Source of the DNA: Pseudomonadota bacterium
GTDB lineage: Bacteria; Pseudomonadota; Alphaproteobacteria; SMXQ01
NCBI GenBank assembly: GCA_022545545.1
Contig: JACZQV010000001.1
Location: 1 to 55,663, forward strand
Reading direction: 5' to 3'
DNA length: 55,663 nucleotides
Position 1 is the first letter of the stretch, and the number at the start of each line of letters is the position of its first letter. The notes under the pieces are model-generated. The model saw only the letters and a list, made by a program, of their open reading frames with translations, searched no databases and was not told the origin of the DNA. Made by a program: the position numbers and the translations under genes. Shown here piece after piece: positions 53,780 through 55,663 of this stretch.

Positions 53780-54409
53780 ATGAACCGCCGACGCCTGCTC
53801 ATCGGCCTCGCCGTTCTGCCCCTGGCGCTTGGCCTCTGGCAGATCGGCGAGGGCGCCACCATCCACGCCAAGGCGCTCCTCGCCCAGCATCTGATCGCCA
53901 AGGCCTGGGCCGAGACCCTCGCCGGTTCGCGCGCCGTCAAGCCCTGGCCCTGGGCCGACGCCTGGCCCGTCGCCCGGCTCGAGTTCCCGGCAGTGGGCGA
54001 AGAAATGATCGTGCTCTCGGGCGGCAGCGGTCGGACCCTGGCCTTCGCGCCGGGCCACCTCGACGGATCGCCCCTGCCCGGCGCGCCCGGCAACAGCATC
54101 ATCGGCGGCCATCGCGACACCCACTTCCGCCTGCTCGAACGGCTCAAGCCCGGCGACGTGATCCGCGCCGAGGACCGGTGGGGCGTCCGCCACCGCTTTC
54201 GCGTCACCGCCAAGCAGGTGGTGGACTCGCGCATCACGCGGCTCGATCCCGACGGCGTCACCCCGGCCCTGATCCTGGTGACGTGCTATCCCTTCGATGC
54301 GATTGTTCCCGGCGGACCCTTGCGCTACCTCGTCTTCGCCGAAGCGGACGCGGGACCGCCATCCATCGCCGTCACCAGCCTGAGCCCCTCCGGCTCTCCC
54401 TCCCCATGA
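53780..54409 (+). CDS. Class GN (marine proteobacterial type) sortase
   Basis: 209 aa. N-terminal TM, catalytic His (IIGGHRDTHF), Cys (LILVTCYPF) and Arg (PLRYLVF). Confidence 0.85.
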   Translation: MNRRRLLIGLAVLPLALGLWQIGEGATIHAKALLAQHLIAKAWAETLAGSRAVKPWPWADAWPVARLEFPAVGEEMIVLSGGSGRTLAFAPGHLDGSPLPGAPGNSIIGGHRDTHFRLLERLKPGDVIRAEDRWGVRHRFRVTAKQVVDSRITRLDPDGVTPALILVTCYPFDAIVPGGPLRYLVFAEADAGPPSIAVTSLSPSGSPSP

Positions 54410-54414
54410 CCCTC

Positions 54415-54454
54415 TTGACTTTCGTTCCCTTAGCAGTTAGAACAAAACATGAAC
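54415..54454 (+). promoter_or_regulatory. SOS promoter: TTGACT-17 nt-TAGAAC overlapped by an alphaproteobacterial LexA box GAAC-N7-GAAC (54440-54454)
   Basis: GAACAAAACATGAAC matches the GAACN7GAAC / GTTCN7GTTC direct-repeat LexA operator of alphaproteobacteria. It sits directly upstream of imuA, a known SOS gene. Confidence 0.7.
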
Positions 54455-54496
54455 GGTGTAGGGTGGGGAGGTGTCACTCCCCGGCGCGGGGTTCGG

Positions 54497-55513
54497 ATGG
54501 CGGAAGTGAAATCACGGTATCCAAACGGTATCCAGATGACGGCATTCGGGGAGAAAGTTCCGGACCGGGGTCTCGACGCCCTGCGCGCCAAGATCGCCCG
54601 GCTGGAGGGCCCGCCCGCCCTCCACTTCCCCAAGGCCGGGAGTAAGGACAGCGGCGGCGCGCCCCCTCGCCGCCCCGTCGTCGCGCTTGGCGTAAAGGCG
54701 ATCGACGGCTACCTCCCCTGGGGCGGGCTGCCGGCGGGCGCGCTGCATGAGGTGATCGCCGGCGACGTCAGCGCGGCGGCAACCGCCTTCGCCCTCACCC
54801 TCGCCGCCTCCCTCGCCGCCGGTGAGGGGCGCGGGCGCAAAGGCCCCGCCCCCTTCCTCTGGTGCGTCAACGGTAACGTCCCCTACGGCCCCGGCCTTGC
54901 CGCCTTCGGCATCGAGGACCACCAGCTGCTCGTGGTCCGGGGACGCAACGACCGCGACGTGCTGTGGGCCGCCGAGGAAGGGCTCGGCGCCCGCGCCCTG
55001 GCGGCGGTTTTCGCCGAGGTCCACGCCCTCGATCTCACCGCGTCGCGCCGCCTGGCGCTGGCGGCGCGGGAAAGCGGCGTGACCGCCTTCGCACTCCGCC
55101 CCTTCGGTACCGCCCCGGCTGCGCCGGGCGAAGCCGGCTTCGCCGGGCGAAGCCCGGCGGCGACGGCGGCGCTCACCCGCTGGCGGGTGACGAGCGCGCA
55201 AAGCCTGGGCGAGGCAAGTGACGGCGGCGTCGGCACGGCGTGCTGGCGGCTCGAGCTCCTGCGTTGCCGCAACGCCATGCCCAAGGCGTGGCGAGTGGCG
55301 TGGCGCGGGGCGGCGGCGGGGCGCTGGGACCTGACCCGGAACCAAGCCTGGAAAGAAGAACATGGCCGAGAGAATGGCGGCGGGGGGGAGACGGGTGGTC
55401 TCTCTCTGGCTACCGAGATTTCCGACCGACCGGATCATCCGGGAAAAGAGTCGGGGAGAACCTATACCACCACCCCCCTCGGGCCGGCGGCGAACCGGGC
55501 CTCTGGCGCTTAG
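54497..55513 (+). CDS. imuA: ImuA (SulA/RecA-like translesion mutagenesis cassette protein)
   Basis: LDALRAKIARLEG...LPWGGLPAGALHEVIAGD...ALAAVFAEV...LALAARESGVTAFALRP...RWRVTSA...CWRLELLRCRN resembles ImuA. The start is uncertain (ATG 54497 or 54536); the ATG at 54449 lies inside the LexA box. The 3' end overlaps imuB by 152 nt. Confidence 0.75.
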   Translation: MAEVKSRYPNGIQMTAFGEKVPDRGLDALRAKIARLEGPPALHFPKAGSKDSGGAPPRRPVVALGVKAIDGYLPWGGLPAGALHEVIAGDVSAAATAFALTLAASLAAGEGRGRKGPAPFLWCVNGNVPYGPGLAAFGIEDHQLLVVRGRNDRDVLWAAEEGLGARALAAVFAEVHALDLTASRRLALAARESGVTAFALRPFGTAPAAPGEAGFAGRSPAATAALTRWRVTSAQSLGEASDGGVGTACWRLELLRCRNAMPKAWRVAWRGAAAGRWDLTRNQAWKEEHGRENGGGGETGGLSLATEISDRPDHPGKESGRTYTTTPLGPAANRASGA

Positions 55514-55663
55514 CGTGAAGGAGGCCGGCCGGCTGATCGCCGCCGCCACCGACCGGCGGGCGGAAGCGGCCGGCGTGCACCCCGGCATGGCGCTGACCGA
55601 CGCCCGGGCGCTGGCGCCGGGCTTGAAGGTGCTTCCATTCGATGGCAGGGCCGATGCCCGGGC
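55362..55663 (+). CDS. imuB: ImuB (Y-family polymerase-like), N-terminal part; continues beyond window end
   Basis: Not in the track (no stop in the window). My translation reads MAERMAAGGRRVVSLWLPRFPTDRIIRE...PLALSVKEAGRLIAAATDRRAEAAGVHPGMALTDARALAPGLKVLPFD, the conserved ImuB N-terminus. An alternative start is ATG 55374. Confidence 0.8.
   Translation, partial: MAERMAAGGRRVVSLWLPRFPTDRIIREKSRGEPIPPPPSGRRRTGPLALSVKEAGRLIAAATDRRAEAAGVHPGMALTDARALAPGLKVLPFDGRADAR

Noticed and set aside
54449-54451. ATG at 54449 as the imuA start
   Set aside because: It lies inside the LexA operator and promoter -10 region, so it is probably at or upstream of the transcription start. Downstream ATGs (54497, 54536) are more plausible.

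Overview
High-GC chromosomal segment with alphaproteobacterial (Rhodospirillales/Rhizobiales-like) synteny, almost entirely core housekeeping genes. In order: tctCBA transporter (minus), a LOG-family gene, prpE-type acyl-CoA synthetase, two tandem LolC/E permease paralogs, and proS. Next comes a roughly 1.4 kb lower-GC, gene-poor patch (10.65-12.05 kb). It is followed by an envelope cluster (OmpA-like lipoprotein, AsmA, MscS), tag, DUF1467 and rnj-coaX-birA joined to a complete 14-gene nuoA-N operon. The rest is tRNA-Asp, tRNA-Val, HU, lon, clpX, clpP, tig, tRNA-Leu, an orphan small gene, nnr, dadA, a GT87/DUF2029 membrane protein, a FAH-family gene and a DUF62 SAM hydrolase. The window ends with the Gram-negative VIT-vWA sortase-target plus sortase pair and the start of an SOS-controlled imuA-imuB cassette. 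I see no transposase, integrase, CRISPR array, prophage or recognisable defence island, and no convincing novel multi-gene system. The items worth a second look are mostly non-coding or architectural. They are a 270 bp MITE-like nested-hairpin element filling the prpE/lol convergent gap, and a dispersed GC-rich repeat family at three intergenic loci. There is also an orphan promoter-plus-terminator unit that looks like an sRNA gene next to a decayed membrane-protein gene. Nnr carries an N-terminal Cro/YdaS-like HTH, with a palindrome inside its own apparently leaderless promoter. The sortase target has a non-canonical LPKGAT sorting motif. AsmA contains a near-identical internal duplication. 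imuA and imuB overlap by 152 nt, and the overlap contains a G7 tract. Many long antisense ORFs in the track are GC-bias artefacts. All family assignments come from reading the translations, since no database search was possible.
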